Source of the DNA: Chromatiales bacterium
Lineage (GTDB): Bacteria; Pseudomonadota; Gammaproteobacteria; JAHELT01
Assembly: GCA_024644045.1 (NCBI GenBank)
Contig: JAHELT010000005.1
Coordinates: forward strand, 8,149 to 72,148
Length of the DNA stretch: 64,000 nucleotides
Direction of reading: 5' to 3'
This document shows, one piece after another, positions 54,192 to 63,465 of the stretch (position 1 is its first letter; each line of letters opens with the position of its first letter). The notes beneath the pieces are model-generated. The model saw only the letters and a list, made by a program, of their open reading frames with translations, ran no database searches and was not told where the DNA came from. The position numbers and the translations under genes were made by a program.

Positions 54192-56967
54192 AGGGCTCGA
54201 CGAACTCCTGCTTGGCGTAGCGAACCGGAAGCAGGGTAGCCAGACTCTCGAAACTGCGCTTGATCCAGTCGTCGTAGAGGTCCTCGGCCGCCCGCTGCGC
54301 GTTGACCTCGTGCACTTCGATGGCCTGCTCCTCGAAAGGGAACGCCTGCTCCTCGAGCAGGATCTCGTACTGCTCGAGCTCTTCCGCGTTCAGGTTACCC
54401 GGCCGCTGCGACTGAAACAGCGCCTTACTGAACCCGTGGTAGATATCGGCGATATGAAAGGTCGCTTCAGTGGCGACCTCGGCGATTCCGTAGTCGGCTG
54501 CACGGCCGTACGCCTGCAGGGCGTTTTCCATGTTGGCTTTCTTGCGCGGCAGGCTCTCGTTCAATGGAATGGTCAACGTGTCTCTCTCGTAGGCGCGCCG
54601 GTAGGGTTCGGCCAGCGCCAGCGACGCGTGCGCCGCCAGGAAGCGCGTGCGCTCAGACCGCTCGCTGCCGGCATTCGCGTCCGCGATCACGATCTGCTGC
54701 AACCAGTAGCGGCGCGCTTTCTGATCGTCGAGCGCTTCGCTGAGCGTCAGCAGACGCTGGCGTATCTCGATGCTCTCCGCCACCGGCTTCGGGAACGCCT
54801 TGACGAACCGCTGCAGGGTGCGCGCGGTCTCCCGCGGCGCGTCGGCCTTTGCATAGAGTTCGGCGGCCTGCAGCAGCACCGCGCGCCGTTCCTGTGGATC
54901 CTGACTGGTCGCTTCGATCCGTTCGAGCTCGCCCGCAGCGTTGATCGGCTGGTCGCTCTCGAGGTACGCGAAGGCAAGCTTGCGCGTCACCTCGGGCTGC
55001 AACGGATGCTCCGCGTAACGCCGGCGGAAGGCCTGCAGCACGTTGACGCTCTGCCCCCAGTCCTGCAAGCCGATGAGCGCGGCCGCGGCATCGAACTCCG
55101 ACGTGGCGCGGATTTCGGCATCGGGCACCACCTGACCGACACGCAGGAAGTGCCCGGCCGCGACGCGCAGATCACCGCCTTCGCGTGCGCTCTCCCCCTG
55201 CTTATAGATCGAGGCGGCGAGGCGTTGCGAAAGCTCGCCGTGCAGCGGTTCCGTCTCGGGGGTGACCCGGCGCGCCTCGGTATAAGCCGTCTCCGACTCG
55301 GCGAACCGCTGCCTGTCGAAATCGGTGTGCGCGGCCACGATCCAGGCGCTGCGGCGCAGCCTGTCCGGCAGCGCAACCGGCCACGCCAGCACGTCCTGCG
55401 CCGCCGCGTGGGCCCGCTCGAGATCGCCGGCGGCGTAAAGCGCCTCGCTGGCGCGCGTCAACACCACCGGTGCCTGCCCGTGCTGCGGGTACGCCGCGGC
55501 AAACCGCAGGGCGGAGTCCGTCGCCTGAGCGCGCACCGGCTTTGCCTGCTCGGGCTGCAGCGTCTTGGCGTGCTCTTCATAGGCCAGCAGCGCCGCGTAC
55601 CCGGCCTCCGCGTTCTGTGAATGGTCGGGTTGGTCGTAAGCGGTGCGCTCGTACTCAGCGGCGGCCTCACCGAAGCGCCGGTTCTCGAACAGCGCCTCGG
55701 CGAGCAGGAAATTCATCTCGGGCGCCTCCTGCGAAGTGCCGAAGTCGCGCAGGAAAACACGGTACCAGTGGGCCGCCTTGTCATAGTCCGGACTGCTTTT
55801 CTCGCGCTGAGCCGTGGCGTGATAGTGGCGTGCCAGGCCGTCCAGGTTGGCCTTGAGGTGGGCAAGCACTTCCGGCGACGAGCCGGGGCTGCGCTGGCGC
55901 CAGTAATCGGTCGTCAGATCGTAGCGTTCGACGAACGCGACCTTGGCATCCAGCACGCGGCTGGCAAAGCCCGCCTGCTCGTAGACGTCGATGACCCGCA
56001 CCAGAAACAGCGGCGCCTTGTCACTCATCGCGTAATCCTGCGAGTAGTCTTCCAGGGTTTCCGCGGCGTCGTTGTAGCGCTCGCCCTCCAGGTAGAACTC
56101 CGCGAGGCGCTCATAGAGCAGATCCAGGTACGGACGCTCGCTGCGCTTGTTGAAGTATTCTCGGATGCTGTTCGCGCCGTCCTGGTATGAGAAGGTCAGG
56201 CTGACGGCGCGCAGCGCATCCTCGATTCGCTCCCGCTCCCCGCGCGGCATCGCATCGAGCACCGGCCGTGGATCGCCGGCGCCGGCAAAACGGCGGTCCA
56301 GCAAGGTGAGAAACGAGTCCAGCCCGGCGTCGTACTGAAACTGCTTGAACAGTCCCCAGCCGTGCTTGTACAGCGACTGCTCGTAGTACGGTGAGCGGTC
56401 CCCGTAGTCGATGACTTGCGCATACGCATCAACCGCATCGGGAAATTCCTTGGCGCTGAACAGCAGCTCGCCGCGCCGGAAATGCACCTCGTCGATGCGC
56501 TGCGATTGCGGGTAGCGCGCGGCATAGGTGGTCAACGCGGCGAGCACCCTGTCGGCATCGCGCTGCGATTCGTACACGCGCGCCAGCTGGTAGTAGACTT
56601 TTTCGGCCTGCTCGCTGTCGGGATGGTCGCGCAGCACCTGCTGATAGAGGATGGTCGCCTCGCGGTAGGCCTGGTCGATGCGCTTCTCGTCACGGCCCTC
56701 GCCGCGCGAATCCTCGACTTCGCCGAGCTCGAGCTGCAGATCGGCGAGCCGGCGCATGATCTCCGGCGCGAGCTGCGTATCGCTCACCTGCGGCAGCAGC
56801 CTGCGATAGCTGGAGATGGCCTGATCGAGACTCGCCTCCACCGGCACTTCCTCGATCTCGGTGGCGACACGGTTGCGCAGGCTGGCGATGGTCTGAGAGC
56901 CCTCGTCCGGGCCGGGCGGCGCGGTGGCGCATCCGGCGAGCAGCAGCAGGCAAAGCCAGCGCTTCAT
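54172..56967 (-). CDS. Large (931-aa) TPR-repeat lipoprotein
   Basis: Lipobox LLLLAGC. Many TPR-like repeats. Start ATGA-overlaps the upstream gene stop. Confidence 0.75.
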   Translation of the reverse strand: MKRWLCLLLLAGCATAPPGPDEGSQTIASLRNRVATEIEEVPVEASLDQAISSYRRLLPQVSDTQLAPEIMRRLADLQLELGEVEDSRGEGRDEKRIDQAYREATILYQQVLRDHPDSEQAEKVYYQLARVYESQRDADRVLAALTTYAARYPQSQRIDEVHFRRGELLFSAKEFPDAVDAYAQVIDYGDRSPYYEQSLYKHGWGLFKQFQYDAGLDSFLTLLDRRFAGAGDPRPVLDAMPRGERERIEDALRAVSLTFSYQDGANSIREYFNKRSERPYLDLLYERLAEFYLEGERYNDAAETLEDYSQDYAMSDKAPLFLVRVIDVYEQAGFASRVLDAKVAFVERYDLTTDYWRQRSPGSSPEVLAHLKANLDGLARHYHATAQREKSSPDYDKAAHWYRVFLRDFGTSQEAPEMNFLLAEALFENRRFGEAAAEYERTAYDQPDHSQNAEAGYAALLAYEEHAKTLQPEQAKPVRAQATDSALRFAAAYPQHGQAPVVLTRASEALYAAGDLERAHAAAQDVLAWPVALPDRLRRSAWIVAAHTDFDRQRFAESETAYTEARRVTPETEPLHGELSQRLAASIYKQGESAREGGDLRVAAGHFLRVGQVVPDAEIRATSEFDAAAALIGLQDWGQSVNVLQAFRRRYAEHPLQPEVTRKLAFAYLESDQPINAAGELERIEATSQDPQERRAVLLQAAELYAKADAPRETARTLQRFVKAFPKPVAESIEIRQRLLTLSEALDDQKARRYWLQQIVIADANAGSERSERTRFLAAHASLALAEPYRRAYERDTLTIPLNESLPRKKANMENALQAYGRAADYGIAEVATEATFHIADIYHGFSKALFQSQRPGNLNAEELEQYEILLEEQAFPFEEQAIEVHEVNAQRAAEDLYDDWIKRSFESLATLLPVRYAKQEFVEPYVETLQ

Positions 56968-58865
56968 CGCTCGCTGCCCTCGCCGCGGGTCTCGTACAGC
57001 AGGTCCAGATTCTGTGCCTGCCCGAACTTGGCGTGCAGCACGTAGCGCCCCAGCCGCTCGCGGTACTGCTGCAACCGTTCGCGCGCCAGCGTTCTCAGCA
57101 CCTGGTTCTGGGCGGCCAGCAGTTGGTCGCTGCGCGCCGTCAGCTCCACGATGCGCGCGCGCAGCCCGGTGACCCGCCCTTCGAACCCGGAGAAGGTCGC
57201 CGGCACGGTGCGGCGTGCTTCGCGCACGCGGTTCGCGAGCCGCTCGGCGCGATCGATCGCCGCATCGACCGCGTTCAGCTCGTTGCGGGAGCGCCAGCTG
57301 TTCGCGGCATAGTCGAAAGCAAGATCCCAGATGAGCAGACCCTTGAGCCGGCTTTGCGTGACGGTGGCTTCCTCTACTTCCGGTGTGAAGGGCAGTTCGT
57401 CCAGCCGCTCCTCGAGCGACGTGACCCTCGCGTACTGGTCCTGTTGCGCGCTCGGCGCAACCGCGACGATGTCCTCGGACTCCAGGAAACTGCGCAAGCG
57501 CTCGCTCAGCTGGGCATGCTGCTCGCGCAATGCGGGAAGGTCGAGGCTTGCCAGCCGCGCGTTCACGGCAGGCAGCACTTTCTCGTAGCGCAAACGCCGC
57601 GTCTCCAGCATGTCGTCGAAGGCGTCCATGCTGTGCAGCGAAGTGGACAGGTTCTCGCGCATCTCGCGCAGGTCCCGGAAATTCTGCAGGGCGCGACGGA
57701 AGCGGTTGCTGGCGAGCAGGGTCACGAAAAACCGCGTCTCGGGAACCGGCTCGGCGCTGGCTCGCCGGTGCGGTCCGGGTTGCAGCGTCTCGGTCTGGGC
57801 AACCAGCGCCTTGATCAGCTCGCCGCTTTCGACGGCAGCCAGCGCGTTGTCGACGCGCCGCTCCTCCTTCACGTAGGTGTTCTCCGCCTCGCGGTACCCC
57901 TCCGCGGCGCGGCCGTGCAGCGCCAGACTGGCGTAGGCGTAGGGAATCGCAAGACCGGCTTCGAGCACCGCGGACTCCGCGGTGTCGCGATCGCGCAGTT
58001 CCTGCCAGGGCACCAGCGCCACGCGGTACTGACCCAGAGCGCTCGCGGCCCAGCCGGCTCCGAGCAGGGCGCGGTTGGAGTACGGTCCCTGCAGGCGAGC
58101 GCTCTCGAGGACCTGCTGCGCCCGCTGCGGGTCGCTCCGCTGCAGGAACTCGTAGCCGAGCGCGAGCCGTGCGCGATCGGCCAGCGCGTCCCGTTCGGCG
58201 GCGCCGGTCACCGGCGCGATCACCTGTGTGAGCGCCTCAACGCCGGCCTGCTGCTGGCCTGAGCGAATCAGGGCAACGCCGCGGTTGTACGCCACGTAGG
58301 GCGCGAACTCAGCGCGGCCCTGCCAGTCTGCGAGCTCTGCGACGGCTTCGTCGAAGCGCTCCTGCTGCATGAGCACCTGGGCAAGCAGCAGCTTGCGCGG
58401 CGCGGCCTCCTCGGGCGAGGCTTCCCGCAACGCGCGGCGCAGCGATTGCTCGGCCTCCTCCAGCCGATTCTGCCGGTACGCGAGCCGCCCCAGCAGGTGC
58501 CAGGCCCGGCGCTGCAGCAGTGGGTCGGCGCGGCGCGCGAGCAGTTCGTCGAACGCTCGCTGCGCGGCCCCGGGCATCCCGTACGCCAGGCTCAACCCCC
58601 CGAGCAGCAGTTGCGCGTCGTCGCGATGATTGGGAAGACGCCCGCCGAAGCGATCGGGCGGCTGCGCCTCGCGGCGCAGCTCGACCAGTGTTCCGACCAG
58701 CGCATGAAAATAATCCTGGGTGTAGAAGTCAAACAGCAGCTCGCCGTACACGGGGTCGCGCACCTCCGCGACGGGCTGCTGCGCACTCGCCGGCGACGCG
58801 ATCATCAGGGCGATCAGAACGCCGCAGCAGATGCCGTGCGCAATACCGGCCGGCCTGGTCACCAT
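56964..58865 (-). CDS. Secreted 633-aa TPR/coiled-coil protein
   Basis: Signal peptide ...GVLIALMIASPASAQQP. N-terminal half is TPR-like and the C-terminal half is coiled-coil. Confidence 0.7.
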   Translation of the reverse strand: MVTRPAGIAHGICCGVLIALMIASPASAQQPVAEVRDPVYGELLFDFYTQDYFHALVGTLVELRREAQPPDRFGGRLPNHRDDAQLLLGGLSLAYGMPGAAQRAFDELLARRADPLLQRRAWHLLGRLAYRQNRLEEAEQSLRRALREASPEEAAPRKLLLAQVLMQQERFDEAVAELADWQGRAEFAPYVAYNRGVALIRSGQQQAGVEALTQVIAPVTGAAERDALADRARLALGYEFLQRSDPQRAQQVLESARLQGPYSNRALLGAGWAASALGQYRVALVPWQELRDRDTAESAVLEAGLAIPYAYASLALHGRAAEGYREAENTYVKEERRVDNALAAVESGELIKALVAQTETLQPGPHRRASAEPVPETRFFVTLLASNRFRRALQNFRDLREMRENLSTSLHSMDAFDDMLETRRLRYEKVLPAVNARLASLDLPALREQHAQLSERLRSFLESEDIVAVAPSAQQDQYARVTSLEERLDELPFTPEVEEATVTQSRLKGLLIWDLAFDYAANSWRSRNELNAVDAAIDRAERLANRVREARRTVPATFSGFEGRVTGLRARIVELTARSDQLLAAQNQVLRTLARERLQQYRERLGRYVLHAKFGQAQNLDLLYETRGEGSER

Positions 58866-59377
58866 TCGCGAATAGAAAACTCTGGCTGCAGTTTACTGGT
58901 ACGGTCCTCGATACGCAGCTCGACGAACTGCGGTCCGACGTCCTTGACGATCAGCTTGGTGGCGCCGCGCCTGTAGTCGCGCCCGTTGGGACCCTTGCCG
59001 GTGAACAGCGCAACGATTTCATGCTCACCGACACGGACGTTACCGGTATAGAGGCGGTGCACGCCGCCGCGGTGCAGGGCGTCCACCTGCCGATTGGTGT
59101 ACAGGTAATTGGCCACTTCCTTGTCGTCGATCTTCAGCTGAATCGAATCGAGCTCGAAAAACGCGCCGACGTCCATGGACACGAACACGGCCAGCTGGGT
59201 GCTGGACGGGTACAGCAGCTCCTCTTCGAGCAGGAAGAGATCACGATTGAGCTCGAGTATCTCCTGCTTGAGCGTCTCGATGTTCTGGTCGAGACGTTCC
59301 ACAGGTGCAGCTTTCTGTGCGACCGCCGGCGCGGCGAACGCGGCCAGCAATAACACCAGACCATACGGCCAACGCAT
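58859..59377 (-). CDS. Secreted 172-aa protein (coiled-coil N-terminus, beta-rich C-terminus), TonB-cluster associated
   Basis: Signal peptide MRWPYGLVLLLAAFAAPAVAQ. Confidence 0.6.
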   Translation of the reverse strand: MRWPYGLVLLLAAFAAPAVAQKAAPVERLDQNIETLKQEILELNRDLFLLEEELLYPSSTQLAVFVSMDVGAFFELDSIQLKIDDKEVANYLYTNRQVDALHRGGVHRLYTGNVRVGEHEIVALFTGKGPNGRDYRRGATKLIVKDVGPQFVELRIEDRTSKLQPEFSIREW

Positions 59378-59468
59378 CGAAACCCCTTAATTCTTGAGAA
59401 ACCCCTGATTCGCCGTTACGCCGGCAACGCCTTTCAGCAGGCGTCTCGAGTATCGAATCCGGGGTTCG

Positions 59469-60596
59469 TTAATACCAAATGGAAAAATACAGATGCAGGC
59501 TGTCGGCATTGAACGAGTAAGGATTACTGCTGCCGCTGCTCGCGTCTGAATAGTCGTCGTAGTCGTAAGCAATGATCTCATAGGAGAGATTCAACGTGCC
59601 GCGCTTGATGCCGCCGTAGCGCCGAAACACCGGGTAGCTGATGCTCGCACCCAGGGTGTTCGACACGAACGTGCTGAGCTCCTTGTCGCGCGCCATGAAG
59701 TTCAGCTCTTCCTGAAAATCATCGCTGTAGAACGACGCCCGCTCCTGGGTGTAGTGGCGGTAGTACAGATCGACCAGCCAGCCGTTGTGCAGCTGGTTGG
59801 TGTAACCCGCTTCCCAGGTATGCGCCTGGATGTCCCACGAGTCCCAGAAGTAGCGGTAACCGAACAACGTGCTTGCATTCGGTGTCCAGGCCTTCATCGC
59901 GCGCAGCGATACCGCGTTGCTGGTACGCGTTTCCGGGTAGATCTCCGGCCCGGCGAAAACCCCCAGCACCCGCTTCGAGCGGTACGGGCTGCCCAGGAAC
60001 CCTTCGTCGGTGATCGCCTCGTAGTCGAGGTTCATCAGCAACGACCGGCTCAGCACCTGGGAGATGCCCAGAGTGTAGTTGAACCGGTCGATGCTTTCCT
60101 CGAACGTGGTATCCACGCTGCTGCCGACGTTGTCGTCGCCGCGGCCCACGCCCATCTTCAACGTGGTCATACCGCCGAACACCTCGTGGGCGACGCCCAG
60201 CGAGAACATCCGCGCCTCGTAGTCCGTTTCACTGCTCCGCGTGTAGTTCAGGTTCATGATCGAGTTGCCGTACAGGTAGTCGGCACCGAACCCGTACTCG
60301 TCGCGCTCCTCGGCATAGGGGCTCGCGGTCGCCATCACGTCGGGCGAGGCGCCGCTGATCTGGTCGTTGTAAGCGTTCAGCGCGAGCGATACGTCGTTGC
60401 GCACGCCTTTGCGCACCAGAAAGGCAGGCCCGGTGACCTGAACCCCGCCGCCCTCGTAGGCGTGGTACTGCAGGTCCGTGCGCTCCTCCGGCAGGCCGAT
60501 CGCGACCGCGTCCAGCCACACCCCGCTCGCGACGATCAGCGAGACCGTCACGATGCCGCCGCGCAGGCGTGCTACCGTCCTTGATTGCTCTGACAT
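59469..60596 (-). CDS. DUF3570-family predicted outer-membrane beta-barrel protein
   Basis: Start MSEQSRTVARLRGGIVTVSLIVASG (signal). Alternating beta-strand pattern throughout, ending ...HLYFSIWY with aromatic terminal residues. Co-localises with DUF4266 and TlpA, as is typical for DUF3570. Confidence 0.65.
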   Translation of the reverse strand: MSEQSRTVARLRGGIVTVSLIVASGVWLDAVAIGLPEERTDLQYHAYEGGGVQVTGPAFLVRKGVRNDVSLALNAYNDQISGASPDVMATASPYAEERDEYGFGADYLYGNSIMNLNYTRSSETDYEARMFSLGVAHEVFGGMTTLKMGVGRGDDNVGSSVDTTFEESIDRFNYTLGISQVLSRSLLMNLDYEAITDEGFLGSPYRSKRVLGVFAGPEIYPETRTSNAVSLRAMKAWTPNASTLFGYRYFWDSWDIQAHTWEAGYTNQLHNGWLVDLYYRHYTQERASFYSDDFQEELNFMARDKELSTFVSNTLGASISYPVFRRYGGIKRGTLNLSYEIIAYDYDDYSDASSGSSNPYSFNADSLHLYFSIWY

Positions 60597-60826
60597 GTCA
60601 GGTCCCCACAGGCGTATCGCGCTAAAAATCCGACGCCGGGCGCGCAGCCGTGCGGCGCCCGGTGAACATCCGGACGCCGGGTAAATACCCTGTTTTGCTT
60701 GGCCATTCAATACTCTATGCGTGCCATTAACGACGCGGGCGGCCTTGGACGCAGGAATTCAACCGAGAGTTTAGCGTCTTGCAAGCAATTATCAGGCTAA
60801 ATTACTAGACACCGTCCACAAATTTC

Positions 60827-61048
60827 CTAATTGCACCCGCAACCACCCCCGGTCGCGATGCCGCCGCCGCGCGCCGCCTCGCGCGTGGCGTTGACGTGCT
60901 GACGGTAGCGGGCCGACAGCGGATCACGGTCGAAGCGCATGAGGGGCTGTGCGAGCAGCCCGCGCTCGTAGGCCGGGACCCAGGGCCGAATGCCACACCC
61001 CGACAGCGCCGCCAGCAGGATCAAGGCGAGGCTCGAGGTACGTGTCAT
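60827..61048 (-). CDS. DUF4266-family small lipoprotein
   Basis: 73 aa. Lipobox LAALSGC. The C-terminus ...GGGIATGGGCGCN is the DUF4266 hallmark. ATGA overlap with the tlpA stop. Confidence 0.75.
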   Translation of the reverse strand: MTRTSSLALILLAALSGCGIRPWVPAYERGLLAQPLMRFDRDPLSARYRQHVNATREAARGGGIATGGGCGCN

Positions 61049-61518
61049 CTGTCCAGCAGCGCCGCAGTGACGGCGCGGTAGTCCGCTTTCAGCGCAGCGG
61101 GGCCCAGGTTCTTTGCCGTGATGCTGCCGTCGCGGTCTACGACCACCACGCCCGGCATTTTCTCGATCTGGTAGCTTTTTACCACGTCGCGCTTCACATC
61201 CAGCAGAATCGGGTAGGAAATCGAGGCGCCTGCGGCGGCCCGCGCGGAGCGGGCATCGAGGTAGTCGACGCTGATGGCGAGGATCTCCAGCCCCTTGCCG
61301 CCGGTCTCGGCGTACAGGTCCTGCAGGTCGTCGAGCAGCTGCGGGCACTCGGGGCACCAGGAGGCCCAGAAGACGACCAGCACGACCTGACCCCGGTACT
61401 CGGACAGGCGCAGGTTCTCACCGCTCACGCTTTTCAGGGCGAAGTCCGGCGCCGGCTCGGGCTGCGCCCGCAGCGACCCCATGCACAACGCGGCCAGTAT
61501 GATCAGCAGCGCGCGCAT
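61045..61518 (-). CDS. TlpA-family periplasmic thiol:disulfide oxidoreductase (thioredoxin fold)
   Basis: Signal peptide plus VVLVVFWASWCPECPQ, which carries the CxxC motif. Confidence 0.85.
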   Translation of the reverse strand: MRALLIILAALCMGSLRAQPEPAPDFALKSVSGENLRLSEYRGQVVLVVFWASWCPECPQLLDDLQDLYAETGGKGLEILAISVDYLDARSARAAAGASISYPILLDVKRDVVKSYQIEKMPGVVVVDRDGSITAKNLGPAALKADYRAVTAALLDR

Positions 61519-62168
61519 CAGAAGAGGTAGCTCAACGCGCCGGCCAATTCGAGATTGTGGGTCAATTCGTTTCTCCCCAGCAGGTCGGACTCAAACAGAT
61601 AGTTGCGCAGCTCCACGCGCACGATGAAATCTTCGGCGGGCAGCACGCGCACACCCAGACCGACATTGAACGTGAACTGCTCCTCATCGGCGAACTCGGT
61701 CACCCCGATCCCGCCGATGGCGAAAAAGCTGCTGCGCAGCGCCCGGTTTTCGCTCACGAACACCTCACCCGGCAAGAACGCATAGGCCACCGACACGTCG
61801 TAGCGCAGCAAGGCTTCTTCCTGGTCGGCGAAAATCGGCAGACCGAAGCGCCGGTAACGCTCATCGCTCACCGTCGAGGCGGCAACGCCAAGCTCGATGA
61901 AGGCATCGGCGGTGACGTGGTAGGAGAAACGCAACCCGGCAATCAGATTGCTGTCGAACTGCTCGATGCTGAGCAGCCCGAAGGCGATACCCACCTCGAA
62001 ATCGTCGACGTTGATGGCCGGCACGGTTACCTCAGGCCGCTCCACCCGGGGTCGTATCACCTGCTCCTGGTCCGGCTCGGGCTCGAGCACCTGCGCCGCG
62101 GCCAGTCCCCAGCAAAGGCTGGCGGCCGCTACTATACCCCTGCACAGCCTGCGCATGACGCTCCGCAT
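61518..62168 (-). CDS. Outer-membrane beta-barrel protein (OmpA-like barrel / porin family-36-like)
   Basis: Signal peptide; alternating amphipathic strands; ends ...LAGALSYLF with a C-terminal Phe. Confidence 0.6.
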   Translation of the reverse strand: MRSVMRRLCRGIVAAASLCWGLAAAQVLEPEPDQEQVIRPRVERPEVTVPAINVDDFEVGIAFGLLSIEQFDSNLIAGLRFSYHVTADAFIELGVAASTVSDERYRRFGLPIFADQEEALLRYDVSVAYAFLPGEVFVSENRALRSSFFAIGGIGVTEFADEEQFTFNVGLGVRVLPAEDFIVRVELRNYLFESDLLGRNELTHNLELAGALSYLF

Positions 62169-62911
62169 CAGAAGAAAAACGCCAACCCGATCACGTATTC
62201 CTGAACTTCACTGCTGCGGTCATCGCTCAGCAGCACCACATAGTCGCGGAAATCCGCCCGCACCAGAAAGCGCCGCGTGAGGTAGCTGCGCAGCCCCAGG
62301 CCGGCGTTGATTGCGGTCGCGTTGCTGGTTTCGGCGTTCACCAGCGTGCCCCGCGGCTGGTTCTCGAAGCGCCCCACACCGAGCGTGAAATACGGCACGA
62401 AGGTGCCGCCGGGTATCGGCTGCGACAACAGGTTCAGACGCCACAGCGTGGTGCTCGAAAACGTGCCCGAGATGCGCGACACGCCCAGCTCGACGGTGAA
62501 GTTCTCATGCAGCAGGTAGCCGACGTGAACGGCCATCGCCGGATCGTCCTCGGCCACCCCGGCGGCCATGCCGAACTCCAGCCGGCGGGCCAGAAAGTCA
62601 TCGAGCAGTACGTCGCGAAAACTGGTGCCGACGCCCGCTTCGGTGAGCGTGCGTTCGAGCTGCAGGCGATGCGCCCAGCCTTCGACGCCCCGTTCGGTGC
62701 GGATCTTGAACCAGTCCGTATGCCGCTTGACGATGCGTACCCAGGCGCCCCGTTCGACCACGTGGAACACCGGGTAGGCGTCGCCGAACCCGGTGCGCAT
62801 CTCGATGAACGGATCGGTTATCTGCACGCGCGGCAGGGCGTCCTCGGCGAGCACCGGGACCGGCGCCGCCACCACGATTGCAATCACCAGCCACGGCGTC
62901 AATTCCCGCAA
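62168..62911 (-). CDS. SH3b-like domain fused to outer-membrane beta-barrel
   Basis: Signal peptide. YPVFHVVERGAWVRIVKRHTDWFKIRTERGVEGWAHRLQL is SH3b-like. The barrel ends ...GLAFFF. Confidence 0.55.
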   Translation of the reverse strand: MRELTPWLVIAIVVAAPVPVLAEDALPRVQITDPFIEMRTGFGDAYPVFHVVERGAWVRIVKRHTDWFKIRTERGVEGWAHRLQLERTLTEAGVGTSFRDVLLDDFLARRLEFGMAAGVAEDDPAMAVHVGYLLHENFTVELGVSRISGTFSSTTLWRLNLLSQPIPGGTFVPYFTLGVGRFENQPRGTLVNAETSNATAINAGLGLRSYLTRRFLVRADFRDYVVLLSDDRSSEVQEYVIGLAFFF

Positions 62912-63441
62912 GTCGAAACATCCGGTGGCGTGCAGCCGCCGCAGCTCGGTGCGTCGCGTGCGGTCACACGCCGGCTTATCCAGTCACGGATCGCGACGTA
63001 ACACGCGTCGGCAGTGTCCGGGAAGATGTCGCCCCCGGTGTGCGTGCCGGAGATCGCAAACACGCCCCGCAACGGCTCCAGCAACAGCTTGCTGTCGGGC
63101 GGCGAGTTGAAATTCGCGAACGCCTTGGCGGAGATGAAGTTGGCGAGGATCTGCTGGTCGAACGTCGGATCCGCGGGGTCCGGATCGGCGAACAGCTTGA
63201 AACCGCCCCCGGAGCCTGTGGTGGAATTATGGCAACCGCTCGCCGAGCAGGTCAGCGGACCGAGGCTGCCGTTAATCGAGGCGTGCAGGATGGGGTCGAT
63301 GCACTGCTGATAGTCCGTCAGGCACAGCGTCTGCGTGTTTGCACCGGTGTTCCCGACGCTGACGGTGTCGCAGGCCGCCAGGCAAACCGTGCCCGCCAGC
63401 GCGGCAATCCGCACAGCAGTTGTGACTTCGTGCAACACCAC
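62899..63441 (-). CDS. Cys-rich lipoprotein with PSCyt-like (Planctomycete-cytochrome-c-like) region bearing non-canonical CX4CH
   Basis: Lipobox CLAAC. CIDPILHASINGSLGPLTCSASGCHN is the CX4CH segment. The C-terminus SCGGCTPPDVSTCGN echoes the DUF4266 GGCGCN tail. Confidence 0.5.
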   Translation of the reverse strand: MVLHEVTTAVRIAALAGTVCLAACDTVSVGNTGANTQTLCLTDYQQCIDPILHASINGSLGPLTCSASGCHNSTTGSGGGFKLFADPDPADPTFDQQILANFISAKAFANFNSPPDSKLLLEPLRGVFAISGTHTGGDIFPDTADACYVAIRDWISRRVTARDAPSCGGCTPPDVSTCGN

Positions 63442-63465
63442 CCGCTCGATTGTAGCCGACGCGGG

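Noticed and set aside
53971-55620. 549-aa plus-strand ORF and others opposite the TPR genes
   Set aside because: Antisense to a well-supported 931-aa TPR lipoprotein; no domain signatures.
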